A stretch of DNA of 64,000 nt, taken from the NCBI GenBank assembly GCA_039810605.1, contig JBDHXH010000004.1, positions 597 to 64,596 on the forward strand, written 5' to 3'. The notes under the pieces were generated by a model. It worked only from the letters and a program-made list of their open reading frames with translations. It was not told where the DNA came from and made no database searches. Position 1 is the stretch's first letter. The number at the start of each line of letters is the position of its first letter. Source of the DNA: Ignavibacteria bacterium. Lineage in GTDB: Bacteria; Bacteroidota; Ignavibacteria; Tepidaquicellales; Tepidaquicellaceae. The translations under genes and the position numbers were made by a program. Below, piece after piece: positions 7,842 through 18,900 of this stretch.

Positions 7842-10370
7842 TTGAGCAGCATTTTCAGAAATATCTCCGGGCTATTAATTCTTCTAATTATAGTTCTCGT
7901 CACAGTTGGTGTCCTGTTTAATAATCTTACCAAAAAATCCTTTTATGAGGAATCAGGGAAGATTACGGTCAGAGGGACATTTGACAAGGTGGATATTTAC
8001 AAAAGCGAACTCGGAGTTTCCCAAATATTCGCATCGAATGAAAATGACATGTATTTTGCGCTGGGATATATGCATGCGCAGGACAGATTGTGGCAGATGG
8101 ATTTTGCAAGAAGAGTTGCCGAAGGAAAACTTTCTGCAATCCTCGGAAAGTCAGCTCTTCAGTATGATATTCTTTTCAGAACTATCGGCATAAATAAAGT
8201 TGCGGAAAAAATTTATCCCCGGCTTTCACTTAAATCAAAGTCCATTCTTCAATCATATTCAGACGGCATAAATTATTTCATTCGTGCGAACTCTAAGAAT
8301 CTCCCCCTTGAGTTTGATATTCTCAATTATAAACCCGAACCGTGGAAAGCAGAGCACTCACTGATGATACTCCGGCTGATGGCATGGGAACTCAATCTAT
8401 CATGGTATTCCGATGTAATGTTCGGTCAGGTTATCAAAAAAGTCGGCATTGAAAATGCAAAAGACTTTTTTCCTGATTATCCCGAAGACGCACCGGTGGT
8501 TGTTTCTGACGGACAAAAGAAGGCAGGAATTGATTCCGTCAGGTCCGGAGCGGGAAAAGTCAGACCAACTTCTTTAAGCAATGATGTCATTGAAAAAAAT
8601 TATTCGGCATTGTTTGATCTCGGAGAGGGATATTTCGATATCTCTTCGGATTTCAGAAAGTTCGCAGGACTTGAGGGCATTCACACAGGCAGCAACGCAT
8701 GGGCAATTTCAGGAAACCGCACCGAAAACGGAAAACCAATTATTGCCAATGATCCACATCTGGCTCTGCTTGCACCATCGAGATGGTACGAAGTCAGCCT
8801 CTATGACTATCAGAAGAAGTATAGCGTATGCGGATTTTCAATACCCGGAATCCCCGGAATTGCCATCGGTCACAACGACGTTGTGAGCTGGGGTCTGACA
8901 AATCTGATGCTTGATGATGCTGACTTTTACATTTTGAAAAAGGACTCTGCCGATGCTCATAAATATTTTCTCAACAATGAATTGCTCACGCTTGACAGCT
9001 CTGTTGAAAACATCAAGATTAAGGATGTTCCCGATGAATATTCATTTACTGCTTATCATACAAAGCTTGGACCTGTGGTTTCCAATCTTGAAAAAACGGG
9101 ATTTGCGGGTAAACAGAATTTCAGAATGCCTGACAATGAAATTCTTGCATTAAGATGGACAGGTTATGAATTCAGTGACGAGATAGAATCCTTTTACAAA
9201 ATAAACAACTCCGGCGGATGGAATGATTTCCAGAATGCATTGAGCAGTTTCGGATCACCTGGACTGAATTTTATCTATGCAGATACTTCAGGCAATATAG
9301 GTTATCAAGCGGGAGGGCTTGTTCCCGTTCGTTCCGCAATGCAGAGTGAATACAATGCGTTAATTCCATCATCGGGTGAAATTTTATGGAACGGGTTTGT
9401 CCCACTCAATGAGCTTCCTTCATCTTTCAATCCAAAGGAAGGCTATATTGTATCGGCGAATAACAGGCCTTCGAAAGATCTCCGGCATTACATTTCAAAT
9501 CTATATGAGCCGCCTTACCGCGCGGAGAGGATAGAAGAGCTGATCAATTCATCACCCTTGCTTACTGCCAATGACGTTAAGCGAATGCAGAATGATGTTT
9601 ACAGCCTGCAGGCAAAAGAATTCTGCTCATATCTTTTTACGTCATTCGGCGACAGCACAAAACTGACTGCCGAGATAAAGAGGTTCCTCAACCTTCTCCG
9701 GAAATGGGACTTTGAATTCAAACCAACCAGTCCTGCCGCGACATTGTTTGCACAGTTTGAAATTGAGCTTTACAAAAATCTCTATAAAGATGTCCTCGGT
9801 GAAGAAGTCTTTGAAGATTATCTATTTCTGAAAAATATTCCCGTAAGAAATACTGCAAAACTTTTAAAGCAGAATTCATCATCGCTGTTTGAAAATGATT
9901 TCTCCAAAGAACAGATTTTGAGGAAAAGTTTTTATGATGCTGTCTCTGCTCTCATCGTCAAATATGGTTCCGATGAAAATAAGTGGGAATGGGGCGATGT
10001 CCATAAGGTTACAATGAAACATCCTCTCGGTGAAGTGCCGGCATTAAGTTCAATGCTGAACATAGGACCATTCAAGATAGGCGGAAGCGGAACCACCGTA
10101 AATAATCTGGAGTACGGATTTTCTGCTGCGCTAAGCACGGATAAATTTGAATGTTATCTCGGACCCTCCATGAGAATGATATGCGACCTTTCATTCATCA
10201 GAAGATATTTTTCAATCTTGCCGACAGGAGAGTCCGGTCAGCCGCTGCACCGCAATTACAATGACCAGGCAAGGTTATGGCTCAACGGCGATTACAAAAC
10301 TGTTTCAACTGATTTTGATGATCTGAAGAAACAAAATCTCAAAGTTCTTACGCTTCTTCCTTCGGAATAG
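7842..10370 (+). CDS. Penicillin acylase family Ntn-hydrolase (penicillin amidase / acyl-homoserine-lactone acylase-like)
   Basis: 842 aa with an N-terminal TM/signal segment. Autoprocessing/nucleophile context GSNAWAISG followed by ANDPHL. The size and order fit an alpha-spacer-beta acylase. TTG start. Confidence 0.85.
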   Translation: MSSIFRNISGLLILLIIVLVTVGVLFNNLTKKSFYEESGKITVRGTFDKVDIYKSELGVSQIFASNENDMYFALGYMHAQDRLWQMDFARRVAEGKLSAILGKSALQYDILFRTIGINKVAEKIYPRLSLKSKSILQSYSDGINYFIRANSKNLPLEFDILNYKPEPWKAEHSLMILRLMAWELNLSWYSDVMFGQVIKKVGIENAKDFFPDYPEDAPVVVSDGQKKAGIDSVRSGAGKVRPTSLSNDVIEKNYSALFDLGEGYFDISSDFRKFAGLEGIHTGSNAWAISGNRTENGKPIIANDPHLALLAPSRWYEVSLYDYQKKYSVCGFSIPGIPGIAIGHNDVVSWGLTNLMLDDADFYILKKDSADAHKYFLNNELLTLDSSVENIKIKDVPDEYSFTAYHTKLGPVVSNLEKTGFAGKQNFRMPDNEILALRWTGYEFSDEIESFYKINNSGGWNDFQNALSSFGSPGLNFIYADTSGNIGYQAGGLVPVRSAMQSEYNALIPSSGEILWNGFVPLNELPSSFNPKEGYIVSANNRPSKDLRHYISNLYEPPYRAERIEELINSSPLLTANDVKRMQNDVYSLQAKEFCSYLFTSFGDSTKLTAEIKRFLNLLRKWDFEFKPTSPAATLFAQFEIELYKNLYKDVLGEEVFEDYLFLKNIPVRNTAKLLKQNSSSLFENDFSKEQILRKSFYDAVSALIVKYGSDENKWEWGDVHKVTMKHPLGEVPALSSMLNIGPFKIGGSGTTVNNLEYGFSAALSTDKFECYLGPSMRMICDLSFIRRYFSILPTGESGQPLHRNYNDQARLWLNGDYKTVSTDFDDLKKQNLKVLTLLPSE

Positions 10371-10416
10371 AAAATTTCCATTGCAGCATTTGGTTTCCAA
10401 TCAAAAGAAATATGAA

Positions 10417-11214
10417 ATGTACAAGCCGAAGAAATTTCTCGGTCAGAATTTTCTCACGGATGAAAACATTGCACGTAAGATTGTAAAGTCGCTCGGAGGA
10501 AATCAGAATGATACGGTCATTGAAATCGGACCGGGACAGGGTGTGCTTACAAAATATCTGCTTGAACAATCCCGAAATTTTTACGCCGTTGAAATTGACA
10601 GGCACATCTGCGAAAAATTATCGTCTGAATACGGAAGCCGGCTAAACCTCATTCACAGAGATTTCCTTAAATTTGATTTCGGGAAAGATATACACAAGCC
10701 ATCGGGAAAAATCAAAATTATAGGAAACATACCTTATAATATAACAAGCGGTGTACTTTTCAAAATTTTCGATGCAGCAGAGCTGATTCATTCTGCTGTG
10801 CTGATGATGCAGAAGGAAGTTGCGAAGAGAATTGTTTCGAAACCGGGAACGAAGGAATACGGAATACTGGCAGTTCAGACGCAGCTTCACTCAAAGCCGG
10901 AGATTCTGTTTGACGTTCCACCGACCGCATTTTTTCCGAAGCCGAAAGTTTTCTCTTCCGTCGTCAGACTCGTCATGAAAGATGAAGCAAGAGTTACCGA
11001 TAAAGAACTCTTCACAACGATTGTCCGCGAGAGCTTCGGCAAAAGAAGGAAGACGATGAGGAATTCTTTGAAGAGTTTTTTCGAGGCGGCTGCCATTAAC
11101 GAAAATGAAATTGATTTTGACTTTTCAAGAAGACCCGAAAGCGTGAGAGTAGAAGAATTTGTGCAGCTGACAAACGAGATCCACGAGGTCCTTTCTCGTC
11201 TTTCCAAAAAATGA
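10417..11214 (+). CDS. rsmA: 16S rRNA (adenine1518/1519-N6)-dimethyltransferase
   Basis: MYKPKKFLGQNFLTDENI..., SAM motif VIEIGPGQGVLT, and GNIPYNITS. I place the start at the internal ATG 10417 rather than the TTG at 10381 used by the track. Confidence 0.9.
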   Translation: MYKPKKFLGQNFLTDENIARKIVKSLGGNQNDTVIEIGPGQGVLTKYLLEQSRNFYAVEIDRHICEKLSSEYGSRLNLIHRDFLKFDFGKDIHKPSGKIKIIGNIPYNITSGVLFKIFDAAELIHSAVLMMQKEVAKRIVSKPGTKEYGILAVQTQLHSKPEILFDVPPTAFFPKPKVFSSVVRLVMKDEARVTDKELFTTIVRESFGKRRKTMRNSLKSFFEAAAINENEIDFDFSRRPESVRVEEFVQLTNEIHEVLSRLSKK

Positions 11215-11401
11215 ATTGTAATTCAGATTTATGTTTGTTACCTTAATTTATTAAGGCAACGCTCATAGTTGTAATTTTTTCGCAAATCGAATCAATTGCA
11301 GTTTGACATTGCGTACATAAAGCAGTAGTTTGTCACAGTTTGCCTTTCTAATTTGACCTTCAAAATAATTTTAAAACATTAATCAAACAAAAAATAATCA
11401 A

Positions 11402-12457
11402 ATGGCAGAAGACAGGGACTTAAAGATAAAATCGCTGGACATGGCACTGGAGCAGATTCAGAAGGAGCATGGCAAGGGAGCGATAATGAAGCTTGGAGAC
11501 AGACCTATACAAAAAATTGCTTCAGTATCAACGGGTTCAATCTCGCTGGATGCTGCGCTCGGGATAGGCGGAGTTCCCCGCGGAAGAATAATTGAAATAT
11601 TCGGTCCGGAATCATCAGGAAAAACAACGGTGTCGCTGCATATCATAGCCGAGGCGCAAAAAAACGGCGGTCTCGCCGCATTCATAGACACCGAACATGC
11701 GCTCGATACCAGCTATGCGCAGAAACTCGGCGTTGATGTAAACAATCTCCTTATCTCACAACCGGAGTATGGCGAGCAGGCATTGGAGATTTGCGAAACA
11801 CTGGTGAGAAGCAATTCGCTTGATGTGATTGTGGTTGATTCTGTAGCTGCACTTACACCAAGAGCAGAGATCGAAGGTGAAATGGGTGATTCGGTTATGG
11901 GAATGCAGGCAAGACTTATGTCGCAGGCGCTAAGAAAGCTGACGGCAGCAGTTTCAAAATCCAACGTTGTCTTAATATTTACAAATCAACTTCGTGAAAA
12001 GATCGGCGTAATGTTCGGAAACCCCGAGACAACAACGGGAGGCAAGGCGCTGAAATTTTATGCATCAATCAGAATGGATATCAGAAGAATCGCCGCGATA
12101 AAGGAAGGCACTGATGTTATTGGCAACCGTACCAAAGTAAAAATTGTGAAGAATAAAGTAGCGCCGCCTTTCAAAGAAGTTGAATTTGATATAATGTATA
12201 ATGAAGGAATTTCAAAACTCGGCGACTTGATTGACCTTGCGGTGAATAAAGAAATAATAAAAAAATCCGGCGCCTGGTTTTCTTACGGAGAAAGCAGAAT
12301 GCAGGGAAGAGACGGTGTGAAAAAGTTTTTACAGGAAGACAGGGAGGCTCTGAAAAAACTTTTCAGTGAAGTCAAGGCTTCGATCGGCATGATTGACGCG
12401 TCTGAAAATTCCACCAACGGCTCGGTGAAAAAAGAAGAGCCAGTTAAGAAGAAATAA
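11402..12457 (+). CDS. recA: Recombinase RecA
   Basis: The translation has the typical RecA N-terminal region. Walker A motif GPESSGKTT. Also FIDTEHALD and the L2 loop region, followed by an acidic/lysine-rich tail. Confidence 0.98.
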   Translation: MAEDRDLKIKSLDMALEQIQKEHGKGAIMKLGDRPIQKIASVSTGSISLDAALGIGGVPRGRIIEIFGPESSGKTTVSLHIIAEAQKNGGLAAFIDTEHALDTSYAQKLGVDVNNLLISQPEYGEQALEICETLVRSNSLDVIVVDSVAALTPRAEIEGEMGDSVMGMQARLMSQALRKLTAAVSKSNVVLIFTNQLREKIGVMFGNPETTTGGKALKFYASIRMDIRRIAAIKEGTDVIGNRTKVKIVKNKVAPPFKEVEFDIMYNEGISKLGDLIDLAVNKEIIKKSGAWFSYGESRMQGRDGVKKFLQEDREALKKLFSEVKASIGMIDASENSTNGSVKKEEPVKKK

Positions 12458-12483
12458 ATCAGAGTCCTTTTTTGAATTTAAAT

Positions 12484-12520
12484 AACCCCGTCAGATTCTT
12501 GCCTGCGGGGTTTTGTTATT
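12484..12520 (+). terminator. Rho-independent terminator after recA
   Basis: AACCCCG(t)CAG pairs with CTGCGGGGTT (one bulge, 8-nt loop). It is followed by TTTTGTTATTTT. Confidence 0.6.
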
Positions 12521-12525
12521 TTACG

Positions 12526-13155
12526 ATGACAATTACAAAGATAGAAAGACAGAAGAAAGCAAAGGGAAGATACAGCGTCTTCCTGGATGGTGAATTTGCA
12601 TTCGGAATCTTTGAAGACACGCTTGTAAAATTCGGACTTAGAAAAGGCGACAGCCCGGATGAAAAGAAGATTAAGGAGATCCGTGAATTTGATGAGTTGG
12701 CTTTCGGAAAGAAAATCGCTTATGATCTGCTCTCATATAAACAAAGGAGCCGGAAGGATATTCTTCAAAGATTAAAGAAGAAGAAGATTTCGGACATGAC
12801 AGCAAAAAATGTTGTCTCGCTTCTTGAAGAGCAAGGATATCTTAATGATGAAAATTACGCAAACAATTATCTCGGAGAGAAGCTTAAAAGGAAACCAATG
12901 GGAAAACGACTTGCCGCTCAAAAACTCTTTGAAAAAGGAATTGAAAAAGAAATTGCTCAAAAGATCATTGCTGATAATTTCGATGAGGAGAATGAAACAA
13001 GACTCGCACTGGAACTATTGAAAAAATATATAAAAAAAATTAAGAATCCTGATGCAGCGGAAAGAAAGAGAAAATGCTTCAGATATCTAATGTCACGGGG
13101 ATTTGAATATGAAACGGCTGCAAAAATTTTGAACGAAACCGCAGCAGAGATTTAA
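12526..13155 (+). CDS. recX: RecA regulator RecX
   Basis: Immediately downstream of recA. Helical-repeat protein (MTITKIERQKKAKGRYSVFLDGEF...LLSYKQRSRKDILQRL...LEEQGYLNDENYA). I place the start at ATG 12526. The track's upstream extension from 12472 overlaps the recA terminator. Confidence 0.8.
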   Translation: MTITKIERQKKAKGRYSVFLDGEFAFGIFEDTLVKFGLRKGDSPDEKKIKEIREFDELAFGKKIAYDLLSYKQRSRKDILQRLKKKKISDMTAKNVVSLLEEQGYLNDENYANNYLGEKLKRKPMGKRLAAQKLFEKGIEKEIAQKIIADNFDEENETRLALELLKKYIKKIKNPDAAERKRKCFRYLMSRGFEYETAAKILNETAAEI

Positions 13156-13253
13156 CCTGCCTGCAATAATACGCCCCGAATACATGGTTACTTTTTTTTG
13201 ATTCAAAAAATTATCAACCATATTCAGACAATCACTTCGGTTCGATTCTAAAT

Positions 13254-13952
13254 TTATTCCCTGATTCTTGCTTTGAGTTCCATCTTCCCGTTCATTATCA
13301 GATCCGACATAGGATAATTCCAGTGAAGAATATTTCCTGTGGTACTTGCGGCATTGGAAGACACAACTTCAAAGGGAAATTCAATCTGAATGTCAATGCT
13401 GCCGCCCCTAAACATTTCGGCAAGACCTTTCATCATCTCACCTGTCAGCGAATCATTCATTGCTTCCAAATCCTCGTCCCCTTTAAGCGATTGTTTATAC
13501 AAATAATCAAACATGATATCATCACCTTCTTTAATCCAGGTAACTGTTGTCTTCGAATCCTTGTTCTCTTCATCCAGAGAATTCAGTGCAGATCCAATTT
13601 TTGACACGCTGTCAAATTCATAGCTGACAATAATCTTATTCGACGAATCCATTCCTTTTTCAGAATGAATATCGAGTATCTTCACACCGGGTATTGAATC
13701 ATATTTGTTTCTGGTTTCATTAATGAAGATCTGATCGTTATACAACGAATCAAGATAACTCTGCTTTCTTGAAGAGTCCATCATTGAAGAAAATGAAGAC
13801 ATCATTTCATAAAATTCTTTTTGAAATGTAATTGAAAACGTTTCGTTGCCGGAACCGTCCTTATTTATCTTTATGTTTCGGCTGACAGATAGACAGGAAC
13901 TCAACATCACAGAAAGGAATAACGCAATGACAATCCGTAAAGTATTTTTCAT
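13254..13952 (-). CDS. Hypothetical lipoprotein
   Basis: Signal peptide with lipobox (MKNTLRIVIALFLSVMLSSC). No recognisable catalytic motif. I prefer ATG 13952 to the upstream TTG at 13976. Confidence 0.5.
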   Translation of the reverse strand: MKNTLRIVIALFLSVMLSSCLSVSRNIKINKDGSGNETFSITFQKEFYEMMSSFSSMMDSSRKQSYLDSLYNDQIFINETRNKYDSIPGVKILDIHSEKGMDSSNKIIVSYEFDSVSKIGSALNSLDEENKDSKTTVTWIKEGDDIMFDYLYKQSLKGDEDLEAMNDSLTGEMMKGLAEMFRGGSIDIQIEFPFEVVSSNAASTTGNILHWNYPMSDLIMNGKMELKARIRE

Positions 13953-14140
13953 ATTGTGTTTTGATTTGGATTTCAAGTTATAAAATATATTTCAATATAT
14001 TAATTCAAATGGAAATGGAAGCGCGATCTTTCGAATTGCTGTTTTTCCCCTTCATTAAATTTTTGTACACGTCTTGAATAAAAAACTTTATACAGATATA
14101 TTTGTTTTTCCATGAACAGCAGTTTCCCGGATTTTTCTCA

Positions 14141-15886
14141 ATGAATAAAAAAAAACTTATCCTCTTTTCTACAACGGTTGTAATTCTTGCAATCTCTTTC
14201 TGGACATTTGCGGGCTTTGAAGTAATTAACCTCGTGCTTTCGGAAAAGAGTTTTGCGAAGTGCGCCAGAATTTTGATTTCTAAATATGAAGACTTCAGGT
14301 ATGGAAAATTCCGCAGAGATGAAGACCCGATGATGATTTCATATCAGGAACTCTATGACGTTCAGAATTATAAACTTGAGCTTTCATTTGATTTCAAACG
14401 AAAATATATCAATGGAAACCTTACGATGAATGCGAGGGATATTTCCGATACTCTAAATAATTTGTATATGAATTTTGCCACATCAATGAAGGTGAACAGC
14501 ATCCGACTCAATGAAAATAATATTCCTTTTGTTCAGCGAGATGACTATATCATCATAGATATGAAAGACAAAGTGAGCAACGGAGAAGATTTCTCGGTAA
14601 CAATTGATTATGAAGGTGCCCCGAAGAATACAGGGTTCGATTCGTTCGGCTTTAAGACATTCGATGATGCACCTGCCGTTTATTCATTGAGCGAACCGGA
14701 TAATGCTCCGACGTGGTGGCCGTGTAAAGACATCATTACGGATAAATCAACTTTTGAAATGATATTGACAGTACCGAAAGAACTTACGGCTGTTTCAAAC
14801 GGAGTTCTCGAACAGGTCAGCGATGTGAGCGACAGCATGAAAACTTTCCACTGGAAAACTTCTTATCCTATCACAACATATCTCGTTTCAATTGCCGTCG
14901 GCAAATATGATCATTGGAACGAAAGTTACAAATCCGTTACCGGAGATAAGCAGATGAATGTAGATTATTACACATACCCGTCTTATACGGAAAAGGCAAA
15001 GTTTGACTGGAAAAACACCGTGAGTATGATTGAATATTTCGCACAGACTTTCGGCGAGTATCCATTCATTGATGAAAAATACGGAATGGCAATGTTCGGC
15101 TGGATCAGCGGAGCAATGGAACATCAAACAATAAGCAGCATGGGTTATACTCTGGTAACGGGCAATGGGAAGTATGAAGAAGTTGTGGTTCATGAACTCG
15201 TTCACCAATGGTTTGGAGATGCTGTCTCTCCTGCATCGTGGAAGGACATCTGGCTCAATGAAGGATTTGCAACTTATGGAGAAGCTTTGTGGGAAGAAAA
15301 AACCGGCGGAAGAAATGCTTATTTAAAATATATGAGCAGACTTGATTACGGATTTTTTGGCGGAACAGTTTATAACCCCGAAGGTTTTATTTTCGGACCA
15401 ACCGTATATAACAAAGGAGCATGGGCGCTGCACATGCTAAGGGGCGTTGTGGGTGATTCAGTTTTTTTCAATATACTCCGCACTTATTATGAACAATTCA
15501 AATATTCTAACGCAGATACGCGCGACTTTGAAAATGTCTGTGAAAAAGTTTCGGGAACTGACTTGAAATATTTTTTCGATCAATGGATTTTTGAAGGCGA
15601 GGGACGTCCGCATTATGTGTATTCGTGGACTTCCGATGAATTCGGGAATCAGGGAGGCACGGTTTCATACAAACTGACTCTTAAACTTAAACAGGTACAG
15701 AATAATGAGATTTATAAAATGCCTGTAAAGATACTTGTAAAGACGGATAAAGGTGATGAGCAATTTACTGTTTTTAACGATATTAAAGATCAGCAATTCG
15801 AACAGCCGTTAAGCGGCAAGCCCATCGAAGTATTAATTGATAATGAAAACTGGATTATGAAAAAAATCGAACGGGAGGACGAATAA
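14141..15886 (+). CDS. M1 family zinc metallopeptidase (aminopeptidase N-like)
   Basis: GAMEH exopeptidase motif, HEXXH as HELVHQWFGD, and the downstream WLNEGFATY glutamate ligand. N-terminal TM/signal segment. A TATATTTG box sits 40 nt upstream of ATG 14141. Confidence 0.87.
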   Translation: MNKKKLILFSTTVVILAISFWTFAGFEVINLVLSEKSFAKCARILISKYEDFRYGKFRRDEDPMMISYQELYDVQNYKLELSFDFKRKYINGNLTMNARDISDTLNNLYMNFATSMKVNSIRLNENNIPFVQRDDYIIIDMKDKVSNGEDFSVTIDYEGAPKNTGFDSFGFKTFDDAPAVYSLSEPDNAPTWWPCKDIITDKSTFEMILTVPKELTAVSNGVLEQVSDVSDSMKTFHWKTSYPITTYLVSIAVGKYDHWNESYKSVTGDKQMNVDYYTYPSYTEKAKFDWKNTVSMIEYFAQTFGEYPFIDEKYGMAMFGWISGAMEHQTISSMGYTLVTGNGKYEEVVVHELVHQWFGDAVSPASWKDIWLNEGFATYGEALWEEKTGGRNAYLKYMSRLDYGFFGGTVYNPEGFIFGPTVYNKGAWALHMLRGVVGDSVFFNILRTYYEQFKYSNADTRDFENVCEKVSGTDLKYFFDQWIFEGEGRPHYVYSWTSDEFGNQGGTVSYKLTLKLKQVQNNEIYKMPVKILVKTDKGDEQFTVFNDIKDQQFEQPLSGKPIEVLIDNENWIMKKIEREDE

Positions 15887-15979
15887 CATAAACTTTTCAA
15901 TATCATTGTCAGACAGTACTTCATTTTAAAAAGAACTTTAACATTTCAAAGAATCATTCAAGCAGGAATTAAAATTCCC

Positions 15980-18900
15980 ATGAAAAAAATATCCTTATAT
16001 TCGGCAATAGTTTTATCGTTAATGGTTCATGAAGCTGTTGCATCTCAAAGGAACATCATCATTAAATTCAAAAGCAACACACCTTCTTCTATAATTGAAA
16101 ATTTCAGAAATAATTCCGCAAAGTCGGGACCAAGTTCAGTCGCCGAACTAAGTCGTAACATAGGCATTAAGTCGTCGCGTGCTTTATTCGAAAAGAATAA
16201 GTCAGACTTTAACAACGAAACATTCCGAAAGATCGGACTTGACAGAATTTTCATTGCAGGAATTGACGAATCAAAAATTCACGATGCAGTCATTCTCGGA
16301 AGTAAAAACGAATTCATAGAATATATACAGCCTAACGGTGTTCTGAAGATTGAAAACACTGCTTCGGTTCCGAATGATCAATATTACGGTTCCCAATATT
16401 ATCTTAGCATGATCGGAATGCCGAATGTCTGGGACATTACAACGGGAGATTCGACGATTGTCATTGGAGTGATTGATACAGGGATGGATTTTCTTCACCC
16501 TGATCTTCAGAAAAGTTATAAAATTAATTACGGTGAATACGGCAATGGAAAGGAATCGAACGGAATTGACGATGACAATAACGGATTCATTGACGACTGG
16601 CGCGGATGGGATTTTACGGATGAGCCTCTCACAGGCGATCCACGCCGGGGAGATTATCTGGATCCCGATAACGACCCAACTGACGACAACAAGCAATCTC
16701 ACGGAACGGCAGTCACGGGAATAATCAACGCAGCAATGAATAACAACATTGGAATTGCATCTGTTGCGCCTTCATGTAAAGTTCTTGTAATGCGGGCATT
16801 CGACTCTGAAGGTTTCGGAGAAGAAGACGATGTTGCCAATGCAATACTTTACGGAATTTCAAGAGGGGTCAGAATTTTCAATTGCAGTTTCGGAGATTAC
16901 ATATACAGCAACCTTCTTCGGGACGTAATAAGATTTGCATACACCAAAAATGTTATGATTGTCTGCTCTGCAGGAAATGACGGAAGCGACCGTCTTCATT
17001 ATCCTTCAGCTTATGATGAGGTAATCTCCGTCGGCGCATCCGATAATACAGACAGCAAAGCAAGCTTCTCTTCTTATGGAGAGACAGTGGACATCTTCGC
17101 TCCCGGTTTTCAGAATTTAACAACTGTGAGAGTCGGAAAAGGCAGCAGCACATATAACGGAGAGTATGATAAATTGAACGGAACATCTTTTGCTGCGCCC
17201 ATCGTTGCAGGAACTGCAGCGCTTCTGCTTTCCGAAAATCCGTCTCTTTCAAATGAAGAGTTGCGCGGGATACTTGTTTCGACAACATCTATGATGCCGG
17301 GTCAGACAGGCTGGGATCACATTCGATCTTCGGGAAGATTAAATGCAGCATCGGCGATTGAAAATTTTGCTAACCCGACAGTCGCAAGAATTTTCTCACC
17401 GTTTCAGGATTTTACTTTTGACAAAGATACTATTCCGGTCTGTGTTTCTGCAGCGTCGCCTCTTTTCATTTCCTATTCAATTTCTTACGGCACCGGACAA
17501 AGGCCTTCGGCATGGATTCCGCTCTTGTCAAATCAAACTTCGCAGGTCCTCGCCGATACAGTCTTAAACTGGAATACTGCGGGACTGGCTGATACTTCAT
17601 ATACATTGAGGCTTGCAATCAACAGCAACTCGGGAAGAACCATTGAACACAGAATGATAATTTTCAAAGACAAGAATCCGCCTGTCATTACGGACATTAA
17701 TTTCGGCAATCTGATTGATAAGAATGCACATTCGGAATTGATCCTGTTTGCGACAAATACAAGAACTCTCGGCAAGATTTTTTACAAGAGAAGAAATGTA
17801 ATTGAACCATACAGCTTCATTTTGGCAGATGTCGGAATTCCAAATGTCGGCTTCATTTCCGAAGCACATTTCGGACTGCTCAATGACAATGATCTCGCGC
17901 CTGATTCTGAATATGAATTTTATGTTGAGGCTATTTCGCTTAACGGAAAATCTGCGGTTGTAAATGATACTTCATTTCATTTCTATACACAGAAGCGAAT
18001 TAACAATTACGGCTACAATCAGAAAAGTTATTCACTTAGCTATTCGCAGTCTTGCAATACGATTTTTGATCTAAACGGAAACGGAAAGAAAGATATAATG
18101 CTCAACGGGATCAAGAACAATCTGCGTTTGAATTTTTACGAGTTCAACAACGGAAGCTTTAATAAATTTACTAATGATAACTGGGGTGATTTCAAAGTTG
18201 GGAGAGACATTGGCGATATTGACGGAGACGGAAAGACTGATTTGCTTTTGTCAAAAGGGAGAAACGGATTTCTGTACGAATCATCGGCGCCGGGGGAATT
18301 GCCGCTGAATCTCATCTGGAGCGATTCTGCAAATGACAACTTCTGGTCTGCACGAATTGCAGATGCGGACGGAGACGGTAAGAAAGAAATACTTGGTCTT
18401 GGTTCGTCGGGGTTGAGGATTCTGGAATCAAACGGCAACAATAATTTTTCACAGATAGCCAATCTGAATTATTTCGGTCCGGATTCGACACCCAATTCTC
18501 AAAACGTACTTGCAGATGATTTCGATGGAGACGGAAAAACCGAAATTGCATTCATGAACCTGTATTATGAAAATGCATCATCTGTTCTTCCGAAAATTTG
18601 TTTGTCGGTTTATGAAAATACTTCGGACAATAATTTTACGCGCAGGTTCATTGATACCATTGACAGAATAACGAAAGGGGACAACATAATTGCAGGCGAT
18701 TTCAATGGTGACGGGAAAAAAGATTTTGCAATCGGGGTAACAAGCAAGGACGGTGACCTTATTCAGTATTACAGTCTCATCGCTTATACTTCTACCGCCG
18801 ACAATACATATACTTTACTGGACATCGTGGATATTTACAATTACAAATCATACACGGAGACTTCGACAAAATCAGCGAACGTTGACAATGATCAGGAAGA

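Noticed and set aside
11215-11401. A search for a shared SOS/LexA-type palindrome upstream of recA and radA (62390-62443).
   Set aside because: No common palindromic motif was found. recA upstream shows only AGTTTG direct repeats. radA upstream has a TTCAAT-N6-ATTGAA palindrome with no counterpart at recA.
13239-13248. A GGTTCGATTC T-loop-like motif in the recX / lipoprotein intergenic region, suggesting a tRNA or tmRNA end.
   Set aside because: No acceptor stem, anticodon arm or CCA context can be drawn from the flanking sequence, and the region is only about 98 nt and AT-rich.
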